Source: Vermamoeba vermiformis (Eukaryota). From it: a DNA stretch of 63,213 bases. The notes under the pieces were generated by a model. It had not been told where the DNA came from, did not search any database, and was given only the letters and a program-made list of their open reading frames with translations. This document shows, piece by piece, positions 1 to 17,455 of the stretch. The stretch spans positions 1-63,213 of the forward strand of contig JBEWZL010000035.1 of the NCBI GenBank assembly GCA_045837725.1. The letters are read 5' to 3'. The number at the start of each line of letters is the position of its first letter. Positions within the stretch are counted from its first letter, which is position 1. The position numbers were made by a program, and so were the translations under genes.

Positions 1-80
1 TGAACACTGCAAATTCAACCTGTTTTTACATAAATTGAGGTGTATTGCCACTTTTATTTGGAATTGTCAAACAATGATCG

Positions 81-196
81 AGAATTCTTGAAAATGGTCA
101 GGGATCGTCCGATCTTCAGACGAATGGTCAAGAATTCTCGGAAATTGGTCTGGGATCGTCTGATCTTCGGACGAAAGGCCTAGAATTCTTCAAAAG
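81..196. repeat. ~50-bp imperfect tandem repeat (2.3 copies)
   Basis: AGAATTCT..GGGATCGTC(C/T)GATCTTC(A/G)GACGAA..GG units start at 81 and 131, with a partial copy at 182. Confidence 0.8.
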
Positions 197-262
197 TTTT
201 AGGGTACTACCATCCCAGCCCTAGCCTTTTAAGTAGAATAATGTGCAATGCCTTTGCACCTG

Positions 263-331
263 AGGCCATCAGACTGTCTGACACACCCCCCCATCCATAG
301 GCCGTCCCCAGGCCGTCAGACCGTCTGACAC
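263..331. repeat. 22-bp direct repeat pair
   Basis: aggccatcagactgtctgacac (263-284) vs aggccgtcagaccgtctgacac (310-331). Confidence 0.85.
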
Positions 332-914
332 CCTCCTGCACCAAGAACAAGGTTACCCATGTTTGAAGTACAATTTTATTTTAAAAACTGGCCAGCCCTG
401 GCCCTAAACACCCTTTAATTAGGGTGATACTCACAGAGCTGAGCTACCGGAACGGCATCTGGATTCAAGATGGTGAATATTTTGGCTGCCACCCATAAGT
501 ATTATTATTTAAACATTTAAAATATATAATTAATGCTATAACTATTACAATTTTATTCATAATTAAAATAATATCTCAATAATAATTTTTTTTCAGGATC
601 GACAATGACCAACAGCCAGAATTTTTAGAGGTTGAGTATGTCAATGAAGAAAACAAAAAGTAAGTGACCTTTAATTATATTTAGATAAATTTTTAATTTA
701 ATTTGCAAAAAAAAAGAGAGATTGGTTGTATTAATTTGTACTTTGATAATAAAAGATCAAGATCAACCAAAAAACATTCCTTCATAATTAATTGCCAATA
801 GAAAAAACAGATTCATTGGCTCTATGGCCAATTCTTCTTGAGATCCTCAGGAATGAAGTAAGTAGAGTCTGTATAACTAATATTATTAACTAACTAATTC
901 TAATCAGAACTCAC

Positions 915-1345
915 TCATTTTTGGTAGAGGTTGATTGGGGGATCTGTTGGTTCGTCCAACACATTCTTCTCCAGGAGAAGAACTTGCACTTCCAATCTCT
1001 TTCATTGCTCATTACAGGCCTTCATTCCATCTTCTAGCTGCAACAACTTCTCAAACAGCTTGAAAACCTTTCACTGGGTTCACAGGTAAACGTCAACATA
1101 AATGTCCTGCTCCTGTTCCATCATGGTGTCCACAGCAGTGCGGCAAGCCTTCACAATGAGTGGTAGCAAGTGATCGTTGCCCGTTATGATGTATCCTTGG
1201 GACTGTGTCAGAAAGTCCAGTTCCTTTATCATTTTTTCCTTGCCAGAGATCCAAGCAGGAATCAAGAGAGCCACAGCAGAGCATTTGGTTGACAGATGTC
1301 ATGTTGAAGCCACACCAAAAAGGACTCACGTTGTCCTTATCAAAC
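915..1345 (-). pseudogene. decayed exon of an unknown protein-coding gene; in-frame TGA stops at presumed CGA sites
   Basis: The frame of ORF 1080..1274 extends both ways as protein-like text (LIRTT*VLFGVAST*HLSTK...DVYL*TQ*KVFKLFEKLLQLEDGMKACNEQ*KRLEVQ...YQK*) with six TGA and no TAA/TAG, followed by a GTGAGT donor. Confidence 0.6.
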
Positions 1346-1774
1346 CTTACCCTTAGCTGGTACATTGACCTTGAAAACTACCGAAATACTGAAGTTTTTC
1401 AAAAAGAAGCTCAACGAAAGAAATTGGTTACATTTGGCATCACATGCCCAAAAATAATAATACTCTTCATCTTGTAAGCCGTTAGGTAAGCTTTTTACAA
1501 TAAAAACTTTAATACTGCAAAAATAATCATTATTTTCTTACTTTAAAGAGCTTTTTGTAGGCCTATACCTAAAATATTTTATATTAGTAATACTCGAAAC
1601 AAAATATACTAATAACTCACACCATTAGCATCACGTCATCCTTATTGCTAAGATTGATAGGATTATTCCTAGAGTACAACAAGTAAGTTTTGACAAAATA
1701 TTTTTAAAACTAAAGACTCATGGATCTTGCCATATCTTCACAAAAGTGAGAAGGTTTTGTTTGTGCACCCAGTT

Positions 1775-6751
<4,977 letters not shown>

Positions 6752-6869
6752 TGTGCTGCCAACGCATCTTAATTAAATCACAAAATTTGCGTTTGGTTCG
6801 CAAAACGGTTGCCGATCGGAAAAATATTTTTTACGGTTTTTACAGATCTGAACCGGCAGGAGTAAGTCC

Positions 6870-9800
6870 TTATAGGCGCGAAGGCGAAGAGAATAATCTA
6901 GTTAAGAACAATGTAAAATTCTCTTCGTTAATGGACGGACACTCCAGATTAGGCAATAGCGATTTCACGCTCGAATCGTCGTATTCTTGCTCGTCTGTAA
7001 AAGAGCAGTTAATCGGGTTAAGAAAGTGGGAAAACATCTTTCATACCGCTAGGAATATCGCTTGTAAACATTCGTAAATGCTGCAAAACCTTGCGAAGGA
7101 ACGGATTTAGCGTGCACAGCGCATTCTTGAACCACGCTACTCCACGTGCTAATATCGACTGTATTCTCTGGCATGTTGTGCATCTTTTCTGCCCATTGGC
7201 TGGTCTCCAATCCCCACTTTGATTGCTTGGGCGAATGCTTAGCAATGAATTTCAGGAGTTGCAAGTACGAGATCTTGCGCGGGTTGAAAAGATCGAAATC
7301 ACCTCCTTGTAAGTTGTTTGGTGGAAGTTGACCAATCATTGCAATAGCGCGGGCAACTGAACTTGGTTAATGAAGTTATAATGATATTCTCTACGCACCA
7401 TAATCAACGCTAGCCAACGACAAGGCATAATTAGTTCGTTCCGGGAAGCACTCTGCATAAATGCTACCAAGAATGAGGTCATGCACCCAATCCTTATCAT
7501 TGTATCCGCCAGTGATATGTGAGTAAGAGACCATTCCTAAAAACGTCAGGTTCAAAAGTCGTTATACAAGTCTGACGATTACCTGGTCTGAAGATGTTCA
7601 CCATGAATCCTCTCGTGCGGGCACGCATCAATAGACGTTCCGATACCAGTTTAGTTGCATTGTAGCCACCAAGTCTGTTTACCATTTCGGGATCTAGTTG
7701 AGCGTCTACCGATACGACTGTGCCAAGCGTTGAGACGAAGTTGAGCACTTTTTTTGATCCGTGTGCAGCAAACTTTAAGACTTCATGAGTAGCTACCACA
7801 TTGGACTTTCTGAGAGAAGAGTAAGGAAGTACGTGGTTGACCTCGGTAGCCGCGTGATATATAGTAGAGACGTGTGCTGAGAGGTCGTCGTAATCATCTT
7901 GAAACAAGCCGAACATGGGCGCAGAGCAGTCTCCCGAGAAGGCTGTTACGCGTGACAAGTCACAAAGTTCATCCAGATAATAACTTTTGAGTGTGTCTTG
8001 CAGCCGTTTAGTTGCCATCTCGTTCGAGGAGGCCCGAATCAAACAATAGACATGAGCCTTAGTACTGCTCAAAAGCTCGTGCAATAAGAAGGCGCCAACA
8101 AATCCAGTAACACCTAAAAGCCAGTTAATACGAACCATCGCGCACGTACTCGCCTACCTGTTAGCAATACATCTTGACCCTCGGCTGTAATGTTGTTTGG
8201 TTTCAACTCTTCGCCAAGCTGAATATCCTTCTGAATCTGAAACCACTGCCAACATGTTAGAATGTAAATTAAAGGGTTCAAAGACTTGCCTCGTTTTGTT
8301 GCGAAGGCTCTCCTGACGTCTTCTGCTTTTTGATGAAATTGAATATTTCATCGAGATTGTTGTTCAAAATCATCTCAGGCGGCACCGTAAACTGCATGGT
8401 CTGCTTGATTAGTTGTGAAAACTTGACGGCGTTAAGGGAATCTCCTCCAATTTCTGTGAAGCTGGTCGAGGACGATTTACTCTTAAAACCAAATACTGCT
8501 TCAAATATTCTGCATCCAAATTAGCGGTTAATTAGCGCTTAACTGTAAACTTACGCCTGCAGATTTTCCTTCTCTCGTTCTTCTTCTTGCTTCTCGAGTA
8601 CCGCGTTGATTGCGGCTTTGTAGTGCCGCTCGAGTTTGGGACGACACTTTCTGAAAACAGTGGTCAGTGAGAACAACACTAAGACAATGCCACGTACTTA
8701 GTTGACGAGGTCATGAATCCATTTTCGGCAGTCCATTTTGTAGGCTCTATGATGATGATATTTGGAATCTCAAAGGACCTCAGGTTCTCAGCCACGGCTA
8801 CTTCATTGAGTGCTGCGATGATTCGTTCTCGCAACGCTGCAGATTGGCATATCTCTTCGTACGATTTGCCTAAAGCTATTAACGACTATGAGCGGGCATT
8901 AGATTCGAGTTACCTTTCGTCTCGTCCTCTTTTGGCCAGTTTTCGATCAGTTGCTTGTTGGGCACAATTATCGCGGCCACGCCATTTTGAGAATAATGAA
9001 CATCACCGGACGTGATGAATATTTGATCGATTAGCGGAATGGATAAAAACATGGCTTCCAATGGCTCTGGTGACACGAATTCACCCTAATACCGTATGAG
9101 CTAATTTGAATCCACAGCATCAAACGTGTTACCTGTGCGAGCTTGAAGATGTTCTTCTTTCGGTCTATGATCCTGACTTTGTTCAATCCAATCAACTCAA
9201 CAATGTCGCCTGTTCTGAACCAGCCTTCTTCGTCGAACTGCTTTTTGGTTTCTTCTTCGTTTTTGTAATAACCTGGAATCATCGTTTGCGTCTTGACGTA
9301 CAATTCCCCTCGAGGATATGGCTTGTCGCTGAATGAGGGTCAGTGCGTGCACTACAATATTAACACATACGTTTCGAAATAACCAAGTTCAGGTACATCG
9401 ACGAGTTTGATTTCAATTCCGGTATGCATCGAGCCATCACTTGCAGCCAACGATCCCACTTCTGTAGTGCCGTAGCCTTCATCAAAACGGCACTGTTTAA
9501 AACACTCCTTCACCCATGCCCGAACTATAGGGCTGAACGCAGCACCGCCTGCTCGTAATTCCTTGATTCTTGTGCCAAATACTTTTGAAAACTGTTCTAA
9601 TAGCTGTTTCAAATTATTAATAGACATTACGCCTTAATTACTCGATGAAATTACCTCGGTGCGTATTTTTATGGCCTCGCTTTCCGTCAATTCTTCGCCC
9701 TTTTCTAGTTGCTTCTGTGCGTTAGCAATTGCCAAAGCTTTCTTGAACTGATTGTAAACGACGTCGAAAAATCTCGGAGTTCCATCCAAGAAGACTGGGT

Positions 9801-11371
9801 TGATAAGAGGAATGTCGTCGTAGATCTCTTCCGGGTTTTCAATGATACCAGTTCGTCCTCCGTTAATGAAAATCCTATAAACCCCGTTAAATAAGCTGCC
9901 CAAGTACGTAGATTAAACATACGTCAAGGTAACTTCACGATCGGACACGTGAGCTAGCGAGTCTAAGGGGGAAGTCAGAAAAGGTGTGATTGCGATGCCA
10001 ATTAATTACCTTTTGACACATTGACCAAAGCGTTCTTCTCTGCGAGCAAATAAGGAAGACGAATGAACGTACGCATTAATTGCTCGGTGAACATTGCACC
10101 CTTCGGAGCGCCAGTCGAGCCACTTGTGTAAATGATGGTAGCCAACTCATTCGGTTGTCTTATCACAATTGGTCTTGGAGATGATGTGCCAGCTTCCATT
10201 AGAGACGCAAAGGTAATAACATTATCGTAGTCTCCGTTGTCCATATCGATGACATGTTTCAAGTTGGGACACTTGGATCTGGCCTCATTGAACTTCGAAA
10301 CGAGCTTCCCACTGCATATAACCGTCGATAACTTGGTGTGGTTGAGAATAAATTCTCGCTCCTCGTCTTTGATGTGGTGGTGAATTGGCACAGAGGTCAA
10401 TCCGTACATGCCACACGCGATGTCGGCGATGAACCACTCTACTCGGTTATGTGACGATATGCCGACCAACGAGTTCTTTTCCAAGTTAAGCTTGTTAAGC
10501 AGGCCTAGATTGTATTACTACTATCAGCAAGAATGGAATCAATGTAGACCGAACAACACGTACCAGATCCAAAGGCTTTACAACGCGTCTCAATGTCCTT
10601 GTAAGTCAACCAGCTGTAAGAAGGCTTGCCATTGGTTATGACTTTATAACCGAAACACGGTCTGAACATGTACTGCGTGAAGGCTGCCTGATACATTTCA
10701 GCAATGCTGCTACATCGAACGACCTTCAACGAGCTGATTAATGCGTCGTTAACTACAACATATATTAGCCCTCCTTACGCGTTTAAATATCTCTTCAGGG
10801 TCTATAAGAGGTTCAATGCGCATGGGGTGCTCGTGCTCTTTAGTCTTGTGACATTCGCCGCAAAAATCGAAATTATCGCATTCAAAACAGTGATAACGGA
10901 CCATACGCCCTTAATAAAGGAAATATAAATTTTTTTGATGGAAATAGAATGGTGCTACCTGTAAACGTTGCATGGCACGCGTCACAAATAAAGACAGGTA
11001 AGTCCTCTGCATCAATGTGACCTCGAGTATCTTCCTTTTTATATTGGTCGAGCTTTTTAACTAAATACTCCTCATCCTTCTATTAATACAATCTAAGCTA
11101 AGCAAGTGAATACAAATTATTTGGGAATTAATTACCCTGCATTTTTTTAACCGGTCTTCTTTCTTCGCTAAATCTATTATAATAATTAGTAATGAAATTA
11201 TCGTCGAATATTTAATTGTATAATATTTTTTGACTTACCTTCACCAGTCAGTTTGTCGATTTCGGTTAATATTGCTTGAATTTCTTTACGAGCGTGTTCC
11301 AAGGCAATATTGTTTACCTGCCATCCATATTGCAAGCGAAGACGCTCTAATGTCTCAGTTTTGTCATACAT
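6870..11371 (-). CDS. carboxylic acid reductase-like NRPS module (A-T-R) with N-terminal ZZ-type zinc finger
   Basis: A domain IIYTSGSTGAPKG, EGYGTTE, FRTGD, DRKKNIFKLAQGEFVS; T domain FTEIGGDSL; R domain TGVTGFVG and GYNATKLVSE; spliced CDACHATFTGRMVRYHCFECDNFDFCGECHKTKEHEH at ~10815-11000; start codon uncertain. Confidence 0.88.
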
Positions 11372-11578
11372 CCGAGATGGGACTGGAAACAAAGAACCCT
11401 TTTGCAAGTGGCGAAGAGTATTAAAATAATTTAATCAACTCTATGGATCAAGTCATTAGACCGAGGGACTCGTGGTGATACGGCCCTGGAAAATGAAGAT
11501 TTTTCAGATCGGTTGTTTATTTAAATTAGTAGCAAAACTACAACCAATCGAGAATCAGTTTGAACTATTCTTTCTGAC

Positions 11579-12677
11579 TTAGAGCTCATCAATTTCGCCG
11601 TTGCCCTTAACCCACCAGGCCTTGGTTTGGCGGTTCTTGCTGACAACAGTTTCGACGGTGTAGATCAAGGTCAATTGTACAGCACCGATAGGATCATCAA
11701 CCGAATCACCAACTATAAATTCGATATTAATAGAGCCATAAATTATCACCCAAACGAAAAGAGATCTTCGATCAATATTTAATTATTATAAAATTAGTAG
11801 TTCAATGAGCCAGTTCTTGGCCTCGCGATAGGAAATTTTTATATTACATACCGTTCAAAACTTGAGGAATTTCAACGGAGCAAGCAAAGTTATAACCCCA
11901 AGCAACCTGATCGATGAGGATTAGAATTTTATAGGAAAGGTTCAACGCAGGTTGTCGAGCTATGATAATAGTCCGCACTATCTATCGTCATGCTATTAAA
12001 CTTACATCGATATTAGAAGGAATGATTTGAACACCAGTCAAATATTGGCCTTTGCCTTTATATTTGCCGCCATAAATATAGACGACGTGGTAGTCAAACT
12101 TAATAACGGTGGCCTACATAATTCAGTCAATAAATCGCGGTAAGCATTTTTAAAAAAAATTGATCTTTTAAAGGTGAATTGTACTGACCTTGTAAAGATT
12201 AAAGTACTCAATGGAGTAAGCTTCAGAAACAGGCTGTTTCCAGTTTGTCAAAGTTTTCCAATCCTCGATACCTTTCTGAAAGAAGGAACGACAAGTTAGA
12301 ATTCGAACGGATTTAAGGATTTAGTTCGTGCTTACGGGGGTGGCAGTACCGTAATTGACCTTAACCACAGAAGTAGGTTGATTTTTCACGATAATGTCCC
12401 ACACTTCCTTGCCAATATTAATCATAGAACCAAGATCAACTCCATCAAATTGCAATCCACGTTCAGCACGAGCAACGCTCTCGTTCAAACGAGCCATATG
12501 TTCCTTGTACAGGTGGTACAAATTACCGCGAGCAGCTTCGTGAGGCTCCAAGCGACGGATCTTGAAAGTGAGCTCTTCGGCAGATTGGTCACCGAGATTC
12601 ACACCTGAGGTCGAAACACGCAAGGCATTGGCAAAAATAGCCAATGACAAAATTAATACAACGGTGGTTTGTTGCAT
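11579..12677 (-). CDS. secreted hypothetical beta-rich protein
   Basis: Signal peptide MQQTTVVLILSLAIFANA; spliced exons ...INIGKEVWDIIVKNQP...YIYGGKYKGKGQYLTGV...VAWGYNF...WWVKGNGEIDEL*. Confidence 0.75.
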
Positions 12678-12824
12678 TATGTATGGTTGTGGAAATGTAA
12701 GTTGTTTTTGGTTTGGTACAAAATTTTGTTCGATCAGAATTTGACTGTCAAATTTCTAACCCAAATTGTTACTTTGATATTTCTTTTACTTCTATTTACA
12801 ATAAATATTAAATATTCGCTTTGT

Positions 12825-15268
12825 TTAGGCAGCGACGATGTCAGAGGCGAGGTTTCGCTTTGCAGTAGGGCTGTTAGGGATCTCATCCAAAGGCTTCAAA
12901 CCAGGGTGCAAGTAAGCAGTGCGAAGAGTTTCGGAATCGAAGTGACGAGGGACTCGAGCCACATCCAAAATCTTCAACAATCTTCGCTCGTTTCGCTTGC
13001 GCTGAACGGCAAGAATGATGCACAACACGGCACTCAAACCTACGAAAGCCAAGGAAGTCCAAGCAGCGGCAAACAAGCCCTTGACAAGGAAGAAGAAAAA
13101 CGTAATGACTTGGAAGATGAGCAAGCTGACAAAGAAGATGTTGATCGAGGTGGGAACGAAAGCACCAGGAGGGTGAATGTCGCGAGTGTGAACGTAGATA
13201 AAGTTGTATCTATCGGAGAACCAACGCAAAGCGAAGTAAGTCAAACCGAAGGGCAAGATGAGCGGAGTGACGATGCTGAAAGAGATGGTGATGACGAAGA
13301 CCAAGAGACAGAAGGCAATGTGAGTCATGTAGGAGTAGTAGCCAACAACGTCCTTGTAGTAGGTGTCCTTGGAGCTCTTGCGGACAAAGTCAAGGACGTA
13401 CGAGATGAGTTGACCGGGGCGCAACAAAAGCAAGACAAAACCTTGCAAGAACATTGCAAAAATCAACCATCCGATCAAGAAGGCACCAATGCGAGAGTAA
13501 TCAACAGACGAGAAGTTGTTGAGGATAGAGCTCGGGTCAGAAAGGAATTGCTGTAATTAACACATTAGTCACGATTACTTTCGCATACCATAGTGTATCT
13601 TGCTTACATTAGCAAAAGCGACACCGCTGTCAAAGATGGTCTTGAAGATCAAAGAGTTTAGCACGACGAAGAGGAAATACTTGCGCAAAGCGCCGATTTC
13701 GAGTGAGGTCTTGCTGTGAGGGCGTTCAAGCTTGGTCAAAGCGCGCATAAGAGTGGGCAATACGGCCAAGAAGATGTACACAAGCAAGATGGGAATGTAG
13801 TAAATGATCAAGTTTGTCGCGATGGGGCTGATGTTCAAGATCCAGCCAAAGTAGGGTGCACCAGCGTCGGTCAAGCCGAAGATGATAATGTTGCTAAAGA
13901 ACGAAATGACAGCGGACCAAAAGAGGGCAATGAGAACGACTAAGATGTTGACACCAACGGCAGCAAGACGTTGCATCCAGCGAGGAGCATAGAGGTAGTT
14001 CCATTGAACGGCAGCTGGGGGCACGGGAGCAATCTTGGCAGACCACTGTCTGAGCTTAATAGACTTCTCGGCCTCGCTTCCGCGGTGTTTGCGAAGTCTG
14101 TGGCTGGTCTCTTCCATGTCGCGGACGCATCGTACAGCGTCAGAAGGCTCTCTGAAAGTAACAAAAGCTACGGGCGAGTCTTTGTGAGTCAATGGCATCA
14201 ATTGTTTGGTTTGCAATGCGTTAGTCCAGACATCAATGCTGTTGGTGTAATGGTCGAGAGCATCGGCCTTGACGGAAGAGTCTTTACACTCCTTGGCTTC
14301 GGTACGCTTGTTCTTCTCGCGCAAAAGCTCTTCAGCTTTGCCGTAACCCATGTAAGCGTTCCTTCGGTTTGAAATGAATCGAAGATGCTCGGGGAGGTGG
14401 TAGCCCAAGTTGACCGACAAGACGCGATCCGGGTAAAGTTCGTTGAAGTAATCGAAGATGACATTAGGATCGGCTGTCTTAGGCAGATTCAAATAGACAG
14501 TGCAAGCTTGCACGGCTGTAAATTAAATCTGTGAGTTGAAATTTCACTCGAATGTCGGCAACTTCTAGATCGATATATCTCGATCTAAAACCGCATCAGC
14601 ACCACTTACTGCAAGGGTCTCTGTAGGCCTCTCTCAACTTAGGCAAGAAGTACTTGTTCTGGTAGAAGTAAATGAGCAACCAAGCCAAGACGCTGAACAC
14701 AGCAAACACAGCAAAGTTAGCCCACAACCACGAATAGCCTTCTTCGTAGACACTCGCCGACAGGTCGGGGAAACTTATGCCGCCGGAGTAGATTGTAGTC
14801 AATGGGAATAAGATAACGAGGCCTATCATCAATTCATGAACATTTTTAAAAATGAAGTTAAAATTTTTGGATCTGTTTCACTTACCGATTACAGTGCAAA
14901 TGGCAAAATAAATCATCAAGTACTTGATGAACTTCAATTGAAAGACGGCATTATATCCTGAGCTGAGCACAATTTCCTGTTCTGAAGCGCTGAAAACATT
15001 TCTGAACCAGCCGCAGCCTTTTTTCAGTTTTCTGTATGAATCCGGACTTGAAGAGAACAAATGGTTAGTGAATATGTTACTTGTGCGTATAATGCTCCAT
15101 TTTCAATTCTTACTTGTTTTCTCTGTATTTAGGGTAGAAAAACCTCGCCATGCCCGGTCGCAGAATTAAAAATATGATCAACAAAGCGATCATAATTGCA
15201 CCGGTGATAATCAGTGTCTCGGGTATACCACCCGTTGCGGTATTCTGTTTGTCACCGCCGCTATTCAT
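12825..15268 (-). CDS. OSCA/TMEM63/CSC1-family mechanosensitive Ca2+-permeable channel
   Basis: Many TM helices; AFVTF motif, cytosolic RRM-like loop, FSIVTPLILPFGLTYF and DRYNFIYV typical of the RSN1_7TM region. Confidence 0.9.
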
Positions 15269-16174
15269 GCTGAATAATTCGTAGAGATCCGGGATGAAAA
15301 ATAATGGTTCGATTGTGGATGTGTCTCTGAGGTTGTTTGAATAAAAATGATGAAAACGGCCGATTGGTTTTAAGTCGGCACTGAGACCAAAAAATCAGCG
15401 TGCGTATGTTGTAAGCAAAATTTTCGCTGAAAGTTGCGCTAGTTCTGCTCAGGCGAAAGTCCCCTTTGTGATTCCAATTCAGACGAGCTACGAGTTTTCC
15501 ACTAATTCTTCCTGCGCTGAACGGTAGAATTAAAATACCGCATTTGTTCTTGCTGTCTATTCAATCGCACGAGCTGCACACCAGCTTGCGGAAAAAGCCG
15601 AACCGATCAGACCTGCAGCTTCATGACGATATAATTCAAATCCAACTGTAATTTAGCTAACCCATATAGACAATATGACGATTGAGCGTATCACTGAAAT
15701 AGAGCAAGTATGAGTAGCGCAGTTAATTGAAACAAATCTGGTAGAAATCTCAGAGTTATTTGGTTTGCAAAATTATTAACGCAACTACTGAATATACTGC
15801 AGTAATTTATGTATGCATATAATAGCAGAAGAGTCGCTTAAAGCGGATTTAAAAATCATCAAAAAAAAAATAATTAGCATAATAATTCAAACATTAACAG
15901 CACCAGATCCGAAAGTATCTGGTATTAATTTTGCAATTTGCGGTGCCGCTAAAAATAAAATTTACCTTGTGCTCAGCTGAGAACAAAAACATCTGTTCCT
16001 CAGTCCAATAGGTATTTACAGACACCCTATTGTAACAACGGGACTGCAGGATAGAAATCAATCAATAACGTTATCGTTCCATTTGTGGAGTGGAGCTTGG
16101 TCAAATATAAAGCATAAGTAAATTGTGTTAATTTCATTTCTCGTGCACGTTTCAAGGGTCAACCACACTCAGCA

Positions 16175-17387
16175 ATGGCAACTCAAGAACATATTTATAC
16201 TGACCCTAAGTTACTGAGGCAAGCCATTAGAGAAAAACGGTTTTTGAAGCCGACATCCGGTCAATGCGCAGGATATTTACAAGCGAAGTAAGTTAGCGTG
16301 CAATTTCAAGTCGAATGATTGCTCGAAATTACCTTTATAATTTTAGTTATTTTTTTATTGTTCAATTTACTTGACACTGCCTTCTGCAATCAAAACGTCT
16401 GATCCAACTTTTACAGCATGGTCATTTTACCAAAATCAGCATCGGATGATTTCTCTGCATTTTGCTCGAAAAATAACCGCCCGTGTCCTGTTATTGCCAC
16501 GTTACCAGCAGGCAAGTTCAGTTTAGCAAATCCGCCTTTTATGTTCTGTGTTTTTGTTGATTGAATAGCCCGCTAACTACAAAATAATAGGTGTCAGAGA
16601 AGCGGCGACACTTGCTCCTGGTAGTGATGTAGCAACAGATCTGCCAAAATATCGCGTATTTAAAAATGGTGAATTAATCGAAGAGGTATTAACATTTGGA
16701 GCCTATTAATACAATGCAATTAATATTATTACACAAGAGAGATGATGTTTCAGATTTATGGCGCGAGGATCTTGTGACATTCTTGATTGGTTGTTCCTTC
16801 AGCTTTGAAGAAGGTTTAATTAAAGCAGGTGTGCCAGTACGCAATATAGAACAAGTAAGTTATACGCTCATGTAACCATGAGCAATGCGGATAGGTGGCT
16901 AATATTTTTTAGGGTCGAAATGTATCGATGTACAAGACCAACATCAAGGTGAGTCACAATCGCCCAATTGAAATCGAATAGTATAACTCATAATTCTTTT
17001 AGTGCGAGTCAGCGGGTCCGTTCAACGGTCCATTAGTCGTCAGCTACAGACCAATACCAAAGCACCTCGTTGAGGAGACAATACGCGTCACGAATGAGTG
17101 TGGCGCAGCTCACGGACCACCAATTCATGTCGGAGATCCCGCCACCATTGGTATTAGTGACATTAACAAACCTGACTTTGGTGATGCCGTTGAGGCCAAG
17201 GAAGGAGATGTGCCTGTGTTTTGGGCTTGTGGTACGTACTGCCCACGAGATTTTGTATCGGATCTGACCTTGCACAGGCGTCACGGCAATTCTCGGTGCG
17301 TTATCTTCGAAAGCTGATTTGATTATCACACACGCTCCAGGACACATGTTTGTTTCGGATAAGAAAGAGCTCAATTTTGAAAAATAA
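16175..17387 (+). CDS. DUF1445 / D-glutamate cyclase-like putative hydro-lyase
   Basis: Spliced: [77 protein letters not shown]. Confidence 0.9.
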
Positions 17388-17455
17388 ATTGTAAATAGAA
17401 CAGTGAACACTATTCATTTATTACTATCACTACAAATGCTACTAAAATAATGTTA

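Noticed and set aside
81-196. CRISPR array
   Set aside because: Contiguous tandem units without unique spacers, eukaryotic context, no cas genes
915-1345. TGA reassigned as a sense codon (alternative genetic code)
   Set aside because: Intact genes here end in TGA (e.g. 44922, 49165) and lack internal TGAs; local CpG loss explains the stops better
12669-13556. 295-aa + strand ORF
   Set aside because: Antisense shadow of the codon-biased OSCA/TMEM63 exon
15455-15464. GAAAGTCCCC, like RNase MRP CR-I
   Set aside because: No matching CR-V (GGGGCT) found downstream
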